Virus record (IMG/VR): IMGVR_UViG_3300044633_000899
Span: 62,001-126,000 of that record
Strand: one strand, 5' to 3'
DNA: 64,000 nt
Shown: positions 28,856-38,423 of the stretch, piece by piece
Numbering within the stretch: the first letter of the stretch is position 1
How the letters are laid out: each line of letters begins with the position of its first letter
Notes under the pieces: generated by a model
Database searches by the model: none
Told to the model about the DNA's origin: nothing
The model's input: only the letters and a program-made list of their open reading frames with translations
Program-made: the position numbers and the translations under genes

Positions 28856-29262
28856 GACATCACGCAAATTTCTACACAAATAGACTAGTAACTGAGTGGT
28901 TAAAAAATGATAAAATCATAATTGCTTGTGATCTTGATGACACGATTATACCTTACAACGAAGAGATAAAAGACAATTGTAAAATAATGGTTGACTTAAT
29001 TTTAGAGTGTCAAAAAGAGGGTATTATTTTTTTAATTAACACGGCAAGAAGTGAATATCAATTACAGAAAGCAAAAGAACAAGTTGAGGAATTAGGAATT
29101 GTGGTCCACGGAATTAATAAAATGCACGAAGGTTGGGATAAACCATATGGATTAAACGGAAAATTATATGCGAATATATTTCTTGATGATCGTGGGGGAT
29201 TTTGGGAATGTTATTGGACTTTATCAAATGCTTTAACTATTGTTAAACAAAATAAAAATTAA
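28852..29262 (+). CDS. HAD-superfamily phosphatase-like protein
   Basis: IACDLDDTI, INTAR, LDDRG. Confidence 0.7.
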   Translation: MRHHANFYTNRLVTEWLKNDKIIIACDLDDTIIPYNEEIKDNCKIMVDLILECQKEGIIFLINTARSEYQLQKAKEQVEELGIVVHGINKMHEGWDKPYGLNGKLYANIFLDDRGGFWECYWTLSNALTIVKQNKN

Positions 29263-29272
29263 AAACATTATA

Positions 29273-29518
29273 ATGGATTTTAGACTTTTAATTGTAACTA
29301 TTTGTGTTATTATAATTTCAACACTTGGTGTGATACACTGGCAAATTAAAGAAAGTGAGATTTGTGATGAATTAGTCATATTAAATGATGGGTCACAATT
29401 TGGAGCAACTTATGTTGGAACAAGTGATAATGGTTTATGTTACATAAAACAATGTAATGGGGAAATAATTGAGATACCAACAGCACACATTAAAATTATT
29501 AAACATATTGAAAAATGA
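29273..29518 (+). CDS. membrane-anchored hypothetical protein
   Basis: N-terminal TM helix from MDFRLL. Confidence 0.55.
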   Translation: MDFRLLIVTICVIIISTLGVIHWQIKESEICDELVILNDGSQFGATYVGTSDNGLCYIKQCNGEIIEIPTAHIKIIKHIEK

Positions 29519-30087
29519 GAAAAAATAATAATTATTTATCGGATCAAGAATTTGAGGATTTCCTTGAACATATTGGTGGGATTAAATCTGGATATAGAAC
29601 AGATCTTGAACCGACAACAAAACGAGGTTCGGTTGGTGTTGAAAATGGATGGTTAGGAATATTACAACGTTTATTTGAAACACTAATTAAATTGGGTTGG
29701 AACAAAGAAGTTTTAAATATCAAGGAAAAATTTGGTGGTATGAGTATTTTTTTATCTGAAATACCAGAAAATTCACATAACTTTATAATTGAAGCCGAGC
29801 GACAATCTTTTAGTGTCTGTGAAGTTTGTGGTGAACCAGGTGAACATCACAGAATAAATGGTTGGATATTTACATTATGTGATGAACATAGGGATGAAAA
29901 ATTATATGTTGATTATGAAGGTAAAAAATATCTAAAAAAATTAAAAGAACCAGTTTTAAAGGGTGATATCTATTTCAACGCCTTAACAAATAAGATTGAA
30001 ATATGTGATAAGGACAATTTTTTTGATCCTTGGTCACTAAAAGTTGTTGAGGTTTTAACAATAAACGATAGTGATAATGTAAATTAG
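29515..30087 (+). CDS. conserved phage protein with C-terminal Zn site
   Basis: GW..IL..L...IKEKFGG..CEVCG.PG..TLC. Confidence 0.6.
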   Translation: MRKNNNYLSDQEFEDFLEHIGGIKSGYRTDLEPTTKRGSVGVENGWLGILQRLFETLIKLGWNKEVLNIKEKFGGMSIFLSEIPENSHNFIIEAERQSFSVCEVCGEPGEHHRINGWIFTLCDEHRDEKLYVDYEGKKYLKKLKEPVLKGDIYFNALTNKIEICDKDNFFDPWSLKVVEVLTINDSDNVN

Positions 30088-30198
30088 ATGTTAGGGTTGT
30101 TGTTTTTTTTCGTTGTGGTCTTTATATTTAGTTTTATATTCAAAGGAAAACGAATTACAGGTGAAACACACCCAATTTATATATTTTTTAGAAAAAAA

Positions 30199-30514
30199 TA
30201 TGGAAAAAAGAAAAAGGATACTGATTGAGAAGTTTTTAGATACACACGTTGGTTTTGATTTAATAAAAAATGAGGATGATCGTTCTATTGTTTTAACTCA
30301 AAAGACGAAAAATAGAGAAACAGATTATTTTGTTTATAATAATGTAAATGACACATTAGTCGTCAATTATGATGTGGTTATTTTAACATTGTCCAGTGTT
30401 TTTAATATTAAAGAAGGAATTGATGATGTTTATAATATTGTAAAAGATTGGGTTTTTACAAATTATAATATTAATGCACATACAATAATAGGGGCTATGA
30501 TATGGAAAATGTAA
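30199..30514 (+). CDS. hypothetical protein
   Basis: Probable start MEKRKR. Confidence 0.55.
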
Positions 30515-30807
30515 TAATTAATAGTTTTAATGAACTATATAAGGGAAAAGAGTTTGTTTACGATGGTAAATACGGACGTGTATTTGGTGTTGTTGATTCT
30601 ATATTTGTTTCTCAAACAATGATGTTTGACGAAAACCGTGAAAAATTATTAACTTATAAAGTTGATCATTCAGTAAAGGGAACACAGACAATGGAAAAAC
30701 CAGAATTAAAAGAGATGAAAGAATTTGTTGCAACACGTATGGAATTTCAGATACGTTCAACAAAGGGTGTATTATATGAATTTGATAAATGTTATATTAT
30801 TATTTAA
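30502..30807 (+). CDS. hypothetical protein
   Basis: Coupled ORF. Confidence 0.55.
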   Translation: MENVIINSFNELYKGKEFVYDGKYGRVFGVVDSIFVSQTMMFDENREKLLTYKVDHSVKGTQTMEKPELKEMKEFVATRMEFQIRSTKGVLYEFDKCYIII

Positions 30808-30810
30808 GAT

Positions 30811-31089
30811 ATGGGAAAGAGACTTACATACCAAGAAAAGATTGATCAATCAGTAGTTGATTTAATTAACGAGATGTTTAAAATCGCTGGACATACGATT
30901 ACATATGAAGATATTAAAGACAGAAAAGATCCGTGGTTTAAAGAATATACGATGACCGAAAAACAATATGATAAATGGAAAAAATTTGGGGTTAAATATT
31001 TGATTAAAAAATTAGATATGACAGAGTTCAAAGCCCAAAAAGAAATGGCAATGTTTGGTTTGATGTATGGTCTTACATTTAGTGAATAG
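30811..31089 (+). CDS. hypothetical protein
   Basis: ORF in operon. Confidence 0.6.
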   Translation: MGKRLTYQEKIDQSVVDLINEMFKIAGHTITYEDIKDRKDPWFKEYTMTEKQYDKWKKFGVKYLIKKLDMTEFKAQKEMAMFGLMYGLTFSE

Positions 31090-31310
31090 TTTAATTATGA
31101 AACAACCAAAAGTAAAAATAATTGATAACAACCAAAAGGATTGTGGTGTTAGACCTATTAGATCTTCACACTGGGACAATAATGGTTTTTGTTGGGTTAT
31201 AATGGTTGATTTTATGGGTGATAATAACTCAAACGAATATTTGGCGATGTATCAAGATACTGAGGGTAATTTCATAAGTTCAAATAAAAATTTAACAGGT
31301 AAAATACAAT

Positions 31311-31718
31311 ATGATTAGTAGTATTATTGAACAATGGGAAAATAATAAATCCAAGTTAGAAAACTATTTTAGAACTACGGACCAATATGAGTATTGTGGT
31401 TACAAACAAATCGTTGAGAAATTGTTTGAACTATGTATTACAAACGCGGACGAACATTGTGGATTTAATATTGAACGAATGATAGTTATTGATGATGGTG
31501 ATTACCAAGGAACAAAATTATTCATAATACCAAAAGATACATATCAACCATCCGTTGATGATTATATTACAACACATACGTATTACGGTAGTTGTTCTGG
31601 GTGTGATACCTTACAATCTATTTGTGGATATGATTATGGTTTACCAACAGAAGAACAAGTTAAGTTATATATGACTTTAGCGTTACACTTGGTACAAAAA
31701 CTTAGATGGTTAGAATGA
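31311..31718 (+). CDS. hypothetical protein
   Basis: YYGSCSGCD motif. Confidence 0.6.
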   Translation: MISSIIEQWENNKSKLENYFRTTDQYEYCGYKQIVEKLFELCITNADEHCGFNIERMIVIDDGDYQGTKLFIIPKDTYQPSVDDYITTHTYYGSCSGCDTLQSICGYDYGLPTEEQVKLYMTLALHLVQKLRWLE

Positions 31719-31748
31719 CAAAAGATATATAACCTATATTTATATGAT

Positions 31749-32126
31749 ATGGGAATGTATAACTTATCACCAGAGTTCATTAGGAGAATTGATTGGTCTA
31801 AAATTGACCAACACATCAATGATGTGATTGACTCTGAAATTAAGGTACTTAATCATACAACATCAACTAACGATCTTAAAACCTCCAAGAGTCATCTATA
31901 TCATATGATACTTAAAAAAGCCGCGGAAAATTTGGTATATACCGATGAATTTAGAAGTTTAACAGATAAACCCTGGGATTGGTATATAAAACATGTTGAT
32001 ACCCTAAAAGTATTTTTTAAAAACAAATATGGTAATTTAATAAGACGAAAGGTTAAAAAGGCTGTTGACACGCGATACAAATACCTTGATGATTATTATT
32101 GGGGAAAAACCACAGATATTAAGTAA
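31749..32126 (+). CDS. RR-family protein
   Basis: FIRRIDWSKID; TATTTAT upstream. Confidence 0.6.
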   Translation: MGMYNLSPEFIRRIDWSKIDQHINDVIDSEIKVLNHTTSTNDLKTSKSHLYHMILKKAAENLVYTDEFRSLTDKPWDWYIKHVDTLKVFFKNKYGNLIRRKVKKAVDTRYKYLDDYYWGKTTDIK

Positions 32127-32200
32127 TATTATTAAAAATCCTTGTATATTAGAGTATTAATTTATACATTTGTACCATTCGGAACAAAATTATAGGTTAT

Positions 32201-32518
32201 ATGGATAAATATGATATTGCATTACTTAGGAGATTGGTTATTATTGATGAATTGATTGATTCAAATTTAAATAGGAATAACAATAAAATAAAAATATTCT
32301 GTAACACAAATACTTTAACTCAGTTTATAGGATATGTGGTAGAGTATGTTAAAATTGAAATTATGAATACACATTTTAAGATACCACTTAGTATAATATT
32401 TTATGATATCACTGATGAACATAAAGAACTTGATCTTAAAGTAACAGACTTTATAAAAAACAAATATAAGAACAAACTCAACGAATACTATCACAACGTT
32501 AATATTGGTTTATATTAA
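32201..32518 (+). CDS. RR-family protein
   Basis: LLRRLVIID; CTTG-N20-TACATTTG promoter 32141-32172. Confidence 0.55.
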   Translation: MDKYDIALLRRLVIIDELIDSNLNRNNNKIKIFCNTNTLTQFIGYVVEYVKIEIMNTHFKIPLSIIFYDITDEHKELDLKVTDFIKNKYKNKLNEYYHNVNIGLY

Positions 32519-32544
32519 ACCTAATTTGTTCTATATTTATAATT

Positions 32545-33060
32545 ATGAATATACAAAAATCCATAAGAAAAATATTACGGGAATATTTAGAAGAAGCAAG
32601 ATTATCTGACCTTTTACGTGTTACTGGTAATAAAAATGAATTACACAAACAGATTGAGAAAGAGATTTCAAAAGAATTTGAAATAGATAGAGAACTCCCA
32701 ACACAATTAACATTAAAAAAAAGGTATAATAATAAAAAAATAAAAGTATATTTTAATTATTATGATAATTTAAAACATAATTTAAAACAAAGAATTAAAG
32801 AAAGAACAAGTTTCAAAAGTATTTCAGAGTTTGCCGAAATTATTACCGATGTTGTTAATTATGTTTTACCAGATGAACTTGGTGATAATATTAATCAAAA
32901 TGGTAAATACGCGGTTAAGTTAATGGAAAGACAACTGACTATTATATTTTCTGTTAATTTAAACAACATCAAAGATAATCAAATACAGATTAATATCATC
33001 ACAGTTTTATCAAAAACACAAATAGAAGAAAAAGATATAATACATTCTTTTATATATTAA
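32545..33060 (+). CDS. leader-bearing hypothetical protein
   Basis: MNIQKSIRKILREYLEE. Confidence 0.65.
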   Translation: MNIQKSIRKILREYLEEARLSDLLRVTGNKNELHKQIEKEISKEFEIDRELPTQLTLKKRYNNKKIKVYFNYYDNLKHNLKQRIKERTSFKSISEFAEIITDVVNYVLPDELGDNINQNGKYAVKLMERQLTIIFSVNLNNIKDNQIQINIITVLSKTQIEEKDIIHSFIY

Positions 33061-33083
33061 AATAGTAGTAACGAATTAATAAT

Positions 33084-33338
33084 ATGGTATTTAAAAACGA
33101 AGAGAAAGCAAAACAACTAATTGTGGAAATTGTATCAAGTGAATATGTAGACATTATTCCTGGTAAAGGGTTACATTTCAACGATGATATTGTTTATGAT
33201 AAAAACTTTTCACACATAACAAATGATGATGAATATTCATTAATTGAGGAAAAACTTAAATCAATTGTTAAGTTAATTAATGACGATCCAAATTTGGTAC
33301 ATAAAGATTTGGAAGACGAACTTTGGTATATGGTTTAA
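33084..33338 (+). CDS. hypothetical protein
   Basis: 84-aa ORF. Confidence 0.55.
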   Translation: MVFKNEEKAKQLIVEIVSSEYVDIIPGKGLHFNDDIVYDKNFSHITNDDEYSLIEEKLKSIVKLINDDPNLVHKDLEDELWYMV

Positions 33339-33497
33339 TATTAAAAAAGACACGAAAAAGATTTGAGATAATTCATATACCAAATGGTTTAAGTACACTT
33401 GAATTAATAGAAAATCGTGATGACTGGGTAAATATAATAAAATAATCAATTTAGAAATAAGTTGAGGATTTTTATATTTGATATATATTTATATTAT

Positions 33498-35048
33498 ATG
33501 AACCTACAACAAACCATAAGAAAAATATTAAGAGAAGAATTTAAATCACATAATAACTTACAAGAAACTGTAAGAAAAGTATTAAGAGAAAAACTTAGAC
33601 AAGAGAAAGTCGTGTTAAACGAACAGAAAATAAGTTTACCAATTATATTAAGAGATAGTTATACAGCACCAAAAGGTGATGGGGATGCTTTACACTCGTT
33701 TGAAAGACGTAAAAGTGATGGTTTTGGAGGAAAAATGACAACAAAGATTGATCAAAAATTAAAAGAGGTTTATGACTCGGGTATTAATCCAGATCTTGTT
33801 AGTTTAAAAATTGTTGTAGATTCATCACAATATAAAGTTACTTGGGAAGCAATAATTGATGAGAGTAAAGACGGTAAAGCATATATGGGTTCATCAACAA
33901 GAGGATCCGCTGGTGGTGGTGCCGACAGAAGAGCCTTAGGTCAATTAGATAAATTAAAAAGACAACTCAGCAGAAATGGCGCTGAGGATATAACAGAAGT
34001 GTTAGACTTTGTTAATCCAACAGGTGTCTATATTAGACAATATTTTTTTAAATATACATTACCAAAAAAATACCCACCATATACAACAAGTGGTGACTAT
34101 GATAGAACCCAAAAACCTTCAATTATCAATTTAAGTCTTGATGACCCAAGTAGTCAAACTGAGTTGGCATCTAACACACAGTATTCTGTGTGTGTTGGTG
34201 ACACATACAAAAAAGGATGTAAAGATATTGGAACTAAGTATAATCGTCCAAATTATGACGGTATTATTTATAAAGTACAAGGTTGTATTGGGACAATTCA
34301 AGATGGGTTTTTTGGTAAAAAAACGGAAAAGAGTTTAAAAGAGAAATTTGGAAAAAGTGAATTTAAATTGTCGGATGTTGATACAATATGTAAAGATTCG
34401 GAAACAGACAACATTAGTGGTTCACAAACTAATTTTAAAACTATCACTAAATTTATTATAGATAATTTTGAAGGTGGTTACTGGAATCCTTTTTGCAAAC
34501 ACCCAACGAGTAGTATGGGAAAATCAACAGAAACAATGTTTGGTTTGGATAGGTATAATGGAAATATTGAAAGTAAACCTGATGGTAAAAAGTTTTTTGA
34601 AATTATAGATAACGCAAAAACCGATGCGGGGGCAACATCTTCAGGAAGTGGAAAAAATATGACTTGGTCAAATATGTCAAAATTTTGTAAAACGTGGAAA
34701 TGGTTATATCGAGGTGGTGACAAAGAAGATGAACTTAAAGATTTAGCGGTAAACATTATGAAAACCGCTTACGACAGAAATATGTCAAATTATGTTAAAT
34801 CTGATAAAACAAGGGAAAAAATTGAAACAATTCCAGCGTTAACATTACATATGTCTTACGCTAGTTGGAACGGTCCTGGTTATTTTCAGACATTTGCAAA
34901 AGATTTAACAAACGCCGTTAATCAAGGTAAGTCCGATAAAGAATTAATTGATGTGGCACTTAAATCACGAACTGACGATCGTAGAATGAATAAACCAAAA
35001 GTTTTAGCTGCAATCTCAAAATTAAAAAATTCAAGTAATATTAGTTAA
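33498..35048 (+). CDS. double-leader protein with C-terminal lysozyme-like (GH108/T4-lysozyme-type) domain
   Basis: MNLQQTIRKILREE..NLQETVRKVLRE; IIDNFEGGY..ETMFGLDR. Confidence 0.55.
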   Translation: MNLQQTIRKILREEFKSHNNLQETVRKVLREKLRQEKVVLNEQKISLPIILRDSYTAPKGDGDALHSFERRKSDGFGGKMTTKIDQKLKEVYDSGINPDLVSLKIVVDSSQYKVTWEAIIDESKDGKAYMGSSTRGSAGGGADRRALGQLDKLKRQLSRNGAEDITEVLDFVNPTGVYIRQYFFKYTLPKKYPPYTTSGDYDRTQKPSIINLSLDDPSSQTELASNTQYSVCVGDTYKKGCKDIGTKYNRPNYDGIIYKVQGCIGTIQDGFFGKKTEKSLKEKFGKSEFKLSDVDTICKDSETDNISGSQTNFKTITKFIIDNFEGGYWNPFCKHPTSSMGKSTETMFGLDRYNGNIESKPDGKKFFEIIDNAKTDAGATSSGSGKNMTWSNMSKFCKTWKWLYRGGDKEDELKDLAVNIMKTAYDRNMSNYVKSDKTREKIETIPALTLHMSYASWNGPGYFQTFAKDLTNAVNQGKSDKELIDVALKSRTDDRRMNKPKVLAAISKLKNSSNIS

Positions 35049-35100
35049 AGAATTTAGAAATAAGTTGGGGATTTTTATGTTCGGGATATATTTATAAGAT

Positions 35101-35418
35101 ATGAACCTACAAGAACAAATATCAAGAATCCAGTCAATGATGGGGGTTAACGAATCATTTTTTGATTGGTTTAAATCGTCAGAAGAAAAACCAACTCAAT
35201 CAGAAGAAAGATTTACCTGTGAAGATTGTGGTGAACAAAACTACAATATGTATATGGTTAATGATGATTTATGGGATAAATATGGTAATGAAAAAATGAC
35301 TTTATGTAAAAGTTGTTTGGAACAAAGAATGGGTAGAGAATTAACCAAAGATGATATCTCACAACATAAAGACGCATTGACAAATATTCATAATCCAGAA
35401 TTAAAAAACTTTTACTGA
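35101..35418 (+). CDS. leader + Zn-finger protein
   Basis: MNLQEQISRIQSMMG; CEDC..CKSC. Confidence 0.65.
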   Translation: MNLQEQISRIQSMMGVNESFFDWFKSSEEKPTQSEERFTCEDCGEQNYNMYMVNDDLWDKYGNEKMTLCKSCLEQRMGRELTKDDISQHKDALTNIHNPELKNFY

Positions 35419-35420
35419 TT

Positions 35421-36713
35421 ATGAACTTACAAGAGCACATACGAAAAGTATTAAAGGAAATTAGAGTACCAAGAGAAGAAAGGGTACAGTTATATAAGGA
35501 CGATAATATTATCGTTGTAGTTCCGTTAACACATAGAGCCTTACAGAAATATGCCCACAGATGTCAGTGGTGTATTAATGATGATAAGGATGAGTGGGAA
35601 GATTACCATAAAGGATTACACGCGGTTATTATTCAAAGAAACCCCAAAAAAATAAAGATAGGGATCACAGGAAATCCAGTACCAACAGAAATTTTTATTA
35701 TGGATAGATGGGATGAAGGTGGTTACCGCTTTAAAGACGTTTGTGACATATTAAACCATAATTTCAAAGATGAGGTTGATATGAAAGATTATTATACGAC
35801 AATATTAAACGACATTAATAATTTTGGAACCAATATAGTTTATTATTCCCCTAGTAATGAGTTATATGATCAAGAAGATAATTATTTAGGTGGTTTTAAT
35901 TATAAAATATCAGACATACCAAATGTCACACCAGAAGTAATTAAGATTATGGATGAATATTTAACAAAAGAAGAGTTTGAAAGACCGGACGCACCAAAAA
36001 GAAATCAACAAGAACTTGATGAATACGCAAGAACATTAAAAAACGCAAGACAACAAGGTGTTGGATTAAGATTCCCAAAATCGGCAATAAAATCAAATCC
36101 ATCAAGATTTAGACCATATAATAGAAAAGGTGTTAATGAGTCAGACCTTGAAACAAAACAGAATGATAAAAGGATTGTTTGTGAGAAATGCGGATGGTCG
36201 TGGGATTTATCTGAAGGTGGTGATGATCCATATACGTGTCATAAGTGTGGAAACGAAAACCATAAATCTGAGTTAACGGAAAAGTGTTGGAAAGGTTACA
36301 CCCAGAAAGGAATGAAAACAATGTTTGGTAAAAAATACCCTAATTGTGTTAAAAATAAAAAATCCAAAACGAACCTACAAGAATCCATAAGAAGAATAAT
36401 ACGGGAAGAAACCAAACTTAACCCAATGATTCTACGTAGAGTCCGACGCGATGATTTAGAAAGAGAATTTGAGGAGTCTTTAGACGATACATCAAATAGT
36501 GTATTTCATTTAATTAGAAATGGTGGGGGTATTATGGTTTTAGATAGATTTAAATATATTACGGTGTCAAGATTAATAGATGGAATCCATTATGAAATAT
36601 ATAGTACAACACCAGAAGATTCAGAATGGTATGATGAAGTGTTTAATAGTTTAAAAGATTATTATACAGATAGAATTGAGGTTAGATATAAAAAATTAAT
36701 GTCAGAAATATAA
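35421..36713 (+). CDS. mosaic leader-linked polyprotein (WC domain, Zn ribbon, CWKGY module, RR domain)
   Basis: MNLQEHIRKVLKE; VPLTH..QWC; CEKCG..CHKCG; CWKGY..PNCV; internal TNLQESIRRIIREE. Confidence 0.7.
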   Translation: MNLQEHIRKVLKEIRVPREERVQLYKDDNIIVVVPLTHRALQKYAHRCQWCINDDKDEWEDYHKGLHAVIIQRNPKKIKIGITGNPVPTEIFIMDRWDEGGYRFKDVCDILNHNFKDEVDMKDYYTTILNDINNFGTNIVYYSPSNELYDQEDNYLGGFNYKISDIPNVTPEVIKIMDEYLTKEEFERPDAPKRNQQELDEYARTLKNARQQGVGLRFPKSAIKSNPSRFRPYNRKGVNESDLETKQNDKRIVCEKCGWSWDLSEGGDDPYTCHKCGNENHKSELTEKCWKGYTQKGMKTMFGKKYPNCVKNKKSKTNLQESIRRIIREETKLNPMILRRVRRDDLEREFEESLDDTSNSVFHLIRNGGGIMVLDRFKYITVSRLIDGIHYEIYSTTPEDSEWYDEVFNSLKDYYTDRIEVRYKKLMSEI

Positions 36714-36758
36714 TAAGAACCTACAATAAAACATAAGAAAAATATTATTTCGTAAAAG

Positions 36759-36790
36759 TTTGGTGTTTTAAATATAAATACATATATTTG
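36759..36790 (+). promoter_or_regulatory. Bacteroidota-type promoter TTTG-N20-TATATTTG
   Basis: Both elements present, directly before the ATG at 36795. Confidence 0.7.
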
Positions 36791-36794
36791 TCCT

Positions 36795-37208
36795 ATGAAA
36801 ACAAATAAGAACATAGCGGTTGTGGGAACACGTAACTTCACAGATAAAGATACCTTTAAAAGGATAATAAATGAGGTTATAACCATTGAAGGTATACCCA
36901 ATAAAATTGTATCTGGTGGTGCTATTGGTGCTGACACCTTAGCATTTGAATGGGCAATAGAAAATAGTACCGAGATTTTAGTGTTCAAACCAAGGTACGA
37001 GGACTTCCCCAAGAAAAAAAGATGGATGGCACCTAAAGAGAGAAATACGACAATCGTAGATAACTCAGACATAGTTTTGGCTTTTTGGGATATGGAATCT
37101 ACTGGTACTAAAGATACAATCAACAAATCAATAAAAAAAGGAAAAAAGATATATTTATACAATATAAAAGAAAATAATGTATCTTTAATTGGTGATGAAA
37201 TTGTATGA
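36795..37208 (+). CDS. SLOG-superfamily (YspA/DUF2493, DprA-like) protein
   Basis: IAVVGTR, IVSGGA.GAD, RN..IV..SD...AFWD..S.GT..TI. Confidence 0.8.
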   Translation: MKTNKNIAVVGTRNFTDKDTFKRIINEVITIEGIPNKIVSGGAIGADTLAFEWAIENSTEILVFKPRYEDFPKKKRWMAPKERNTTIVDNSDIVLAFWDMESTGTKDTINKSIKKGKKIYLYNIKENNVSLIGDEIV

Positions 37209-37941
37209 TGTTTTTAAGAAATGTGTTTATGAGGGTATTCGTTACGATAGTGAGGAATACAAGATAGATTACGAAAAAGATTTGGTTGACGATTTGATTA
37301 GATTCAGTGATAAAATATCTTTTAAAAAGGATGAATACGGGAATGTGGTCATCATAGGTATTCCAATTAAAAAATCAGAACATAAAAATAAGTTGTTAAA
37401 CGACATTAAAAAGGGTATTAATATTAACCCAGAGGATCTTTCAACCATTATTGACAAGATAGTTACTAATTTAACCGAATATGTAAATTTGGACGATTTT
37501 GATTATGTGGTTTCACCTAAAAGTTCCTCACTTTTAACAAAAAGTTTAATAGATAAACTAAATTCGTTGAGTAATAAACCAACCTTTATTAGTGATATGT
37601 TCTTAAAGAATGATATTGATAATATTTGGTTAGATATTGAGGCTGCGGAAAAAGAACTCAGCAATAAATTCTTAAAGAAATTGGTTAAGGATTTTGAACG
37701 ATCCAAGGGGATTGAAGGTCAGTCAATGAAACTACAGCCCTTAACAAACTTTCAAAGGAAATATGTTAGGGATATGTTAAAAGTAAATCCAAAACATAAT
37801 AATATTCTTACAGATATGTTGGATAAAAACATATTAGTTATTGACGACATATTAACAACGGGAAAGACTTTGAACGATATTCGGGATACGTTATCTAAAT
37901 TAAGTACTGGACAAATAAAATTATTTACAATGTTTGGATGA
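37195..37941 (+). CDS. phosphoribosyltransferase-domain protein
   Basis: ILVIDDILTTGKTL PRPP-binding motif. Confidence 0.75.
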   Translation: MKLYDVFKKCVYEGIRYDSEEYKIDYEKDLVDDLIRFSDKISFKKDEYGNVVIIGIPIKKSEHKNKLLNDIKKGININPEDLSTIIDKIVTNLTEYVNLDDFDYVVSPKSSSLLTKSLIDKLNSLSNKPTFISDMFLKNDIDNIWLDIEAAEKELSNKFLKKLVKDFERSKGIEGQSMKLQPLTNFQRKYVRDMLKVNPKHNNILTDMLDKNILVIDDILTTGKTLNDIRDTLSKLSTGQIKLFTMFG

Positions 37942-37942
37942 T

Positions 37943-38395
37943 ATGAATCTACAAGAATCCATAAGAAGAATATTACGGGAAGAAACAACACTCCAAAGTA
38001 GAGTAAACGAGTTGATTAACACAAAAGGGGTTGTTCTTGCATCAACAATGGTTGGTGGACTTGACACACTATCAAAGATATTAAACTTAGATTTAAATGA
38101 TGTGGACACACAAGAAAAATTAGTTAAAAACTTTATTAATTTTTATGATCTTAAAGAAGAAAGTATTATTATAGATTCTTTAGAAGTTAGGACAACGGTA
38201 AATAGGGGAAAGGTTATCAAAGTAAATGGAACGGTTAATGACGATTGGGAGAATTTTAGTTCGTGGTACGTTCTCCACATTTGTGGTGAGATGGAGAGAT
38301 TTTTCCCATTTAACACTCAACCTTATGATCACTCTGTTTTTACCAATAGTGGTGTTAAAATATTCATAGAATCGGAATTTTTATACGAAGAATAG
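37943..38395 (+). CDS. leader + family-A-like N-terminal module
   Basis: MNLQESIRRILREE; LI...G...A...VGG...L. Confidence 0.65.
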   Translation: MNLQESIRRILREETTLQSRVNELINTKGVVLASTMVGGLDTLSKILNLDLNDVDTQEKLVKNFINFYDLKEESIIIDSLEVRTTVNRGKVIKVNGTVNDDWENFSSWYVLHICGEMERFFPFNTQPYDHSVFTNSGVKIFIESEFLYEE

Positions 38396-38423
38396 AATAA
38401 GAAAAAATAGATATTTATAACAT

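Noticed and set aside
36662-37162. 166-aa minus-strand ORF
   Set aside because: Antisense shadow of the SLOG gene.
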